Of a stretch of DNA of 53,627 nucleotides, positions 52,461 to 53,627 are shown piece after piece. Origin of the DNA: a virus (Duplodnaviria > Caudoviricetes); the IMG/VR virus record IMGVR_UViG_3300012984_000020, positions 1 through 53,627 of that record; one strand, 5' to 3'. The notes under the pieces are model-generated. The model searched no databases and was not told where the DNA came from. It was given only the letters and a program-made list of their open reading frames with translations. The position numbers were made by a program, and so were the translations under genes. Numbering within the stretch: the first letter of the stretch is position 1; each line of letters starts with the position of its first letter.

Positions 52461-53588
52461 TTAACGAGCGTTGAGGACGCGCAGGCTCTGGGTGAGCGTC
52501 TGCGTGAAGGTAGCCGAGCGTGCGAACACGCCCATCTTCTTGGAGTTGTTGGACACGTTCTTGGTGAACAGCAGCCGCGCCTCACCGGGCATGCGGTTCA
52601 TGTACTGCGAGACCGCCTCCGCTGCGCCCGAGTCCTGCGTCTTGGTGATGAGTTGGAAGGCCAGCATCACGCGAGCGCCGGCGTTGTCGGGGATGAACGT
52701 GCCCATCGGGTCGTGGCAGATCGCACCGAAGGAGGGGAGAGACCTACCAAATCTCACGTAGGCCATGAGCAAGGCCGTGAACGCCCGGCCGATGGTGCCG
52801 TTGATGGCCGCCGTCAGCGTGTGCTCGTCCAGGCTGCCCCCTCGGTTGAGGATGTCGCTGGTGGCGTGCAGCGAGCGCGGCGTGGCCCACTTGTCCTGCA
52901 CGGCGCGGGGGTTGAAGATGTACGGGTTGGTCCGCGCCAAGTCCTGCCCGGCCTTGGCCGCGCCAGCTTCGTAGTCCGTGAAGGACTCGAACACCTGCGG
53001 GTACTCGTTCACACAAGCGATGACGGCCGGATGCAGGCCGCGCGGGATGGCGAACTGATCGATCCATTCCTGCGCCGTCGGCTTGCGCAGCGTCACGTCG
53101 ATCAGACGGTCGCGCAGGTGGGCCTGCATGCTGTCGCCCAGGCCCTCGGCGCCCAGGTTCGTGCAGGCAAACACGATGCTGCCCACCGGCATGTGGTAGT
53201 CGCCGATGCGGTGCTCGTACAGGATGGGCGCCAGCGCGTCCTTGATGGACTGCTTGGCCTTCGCTACTTCATCCAGGCAGATGACGATCGGCTTGCTGCC
53301 GTCGATGCCCTTGCGGTTGCCGTTGTGCACACCGAAGCGCTCGTTGGGAAGCTCGCGCGACACGCCGGCCTCACGGTCGAGGTCGGGCACCCAGATGCTG
53401 CCATCGCTCAGCTGGGTGCAGTCCACCGGGTTCACGACGTGGTGGTCTTTGAAGGCGTCGTCCTCGGCCAGCGCGTACAGCATCGAGGTCTTGCCGATGC
53501 CGCTCTCGCCTTGGACGAGGATCGTTCTGTCCATGCCGACGGCTTTGATGAGGTCGAGGGTCTGGACGGAGTTGAGGGTCAGTTTCAT
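52461..53588 (-). CDS. MoxR/dynein-related AAA+ ATPase
   Basis: Walker A 'GESGIGKT', Walker B 'ICLDE', sensor 'ACTN', Arg finger 'LRDR', 'TPRS'. Confidence 0.88.
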   Translation of the reverse strand: MKLTLNSVQTLDLIKAVGMDRTILVQGESGIGKTSMLYALAEDDAFKDHHVVNPVDCTQLSDGSIWVPDLDREAGVSRELPNERFGVHNGNRKGIDGSKPIVICLDEVAKAKQSIKDALAPILYEHRIGDYHMPVGSIVFACTNLGAEGLGDSMQAHLRDRLIDVTLRKPTAQEWIDQFAIPRGLHPAVIACVNEYPQVFESFTDYEAGAAKAGQDLARTNPYIFNPRAVQDKWATPRSLHATSDILNRGGSLDEHTLTAAINGTIGRAFTALLMAYVRFGRSLPSFGAICHDPMGTFIPDNAGARVMLAFQLITKTQDSGAAEAVSQYMNRMPGEARLLFTKNVSNNSKKMGVFARSATFTQTLTQSLRVLNAR

Positions 53589-53601
53589 GGTCTTCTTTCA
53601 G

Positions 53602-53622
53602 AAAAAAGCCGGCAGTGCCGGC
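53602..53622 (-). terminator. Rho-independent terminator upstream of the AAA+ gene
   Basis: Minus strand GCCGGC-ACT-GCCGGC-TTTTTT. Confidence 0.65.
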
Positions 53623-53627
53623 GAGGG

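Noticed and set aside
1-53627. tRNA, rRNA, integrase or IS elements
   Set aside because: None recognised by eye; intergenic gaps are short and show no cloverleaf. A tRNAscan or HMM run would be needed to exclude them formally.

Overview
About 53.6 kb of a GC-rich tailed-phage genome, probably most of it, with podovirus-like architecture. The window starts inside terL and has two convergent arms. The + arm (1-32066) is morphogenesis: TerL, portal, GroES-like co-chaperonin, scaffold, major capsid protein, a free-standing GIY-YIG/NUMOD3 endonuclease, head-tail proteins, a tail fibre with a low-GC receptor-binding segment and an S74 chaperone, a nozzle, and three internal (ejection) proteins including a 2615-aa polyvalent protein. 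The - arm (32053-53627) is early/replication: AEP primase-DUF927 helicase, SSB, SNF2 helicase, family A DNA polymerase, nucleases, NADAR, an HslV-like protein, vWA proteins, an AAA+ ATPase and an Acb2-like anti-CBASS protein. The main novelty is two PEP-CTERM (exosortase-sorted) surface proteins. One is a self-contained unit with a sigma54 -24/-12 promoter, an IHF-like site, a TGT-N11-ACA enhancer and its own terminator, so it appears wired into the host PrsK/PrsR-RpoN regulon. Other signals: a candidate chained-pseudoknot RNA downstream of the capsid/endonuclease genes, a candidate C-rich sRNA or attenuator ahead of the helicase, and a recurring [FYM]-A-x-G-G motif in putative internal virion proteins. 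No integrase, recognisable endolysin, tRNA or CRISPR array was seen. A betaproteobacterial host is an inference. All family assignments come from motif recognition by eye, not database searches.
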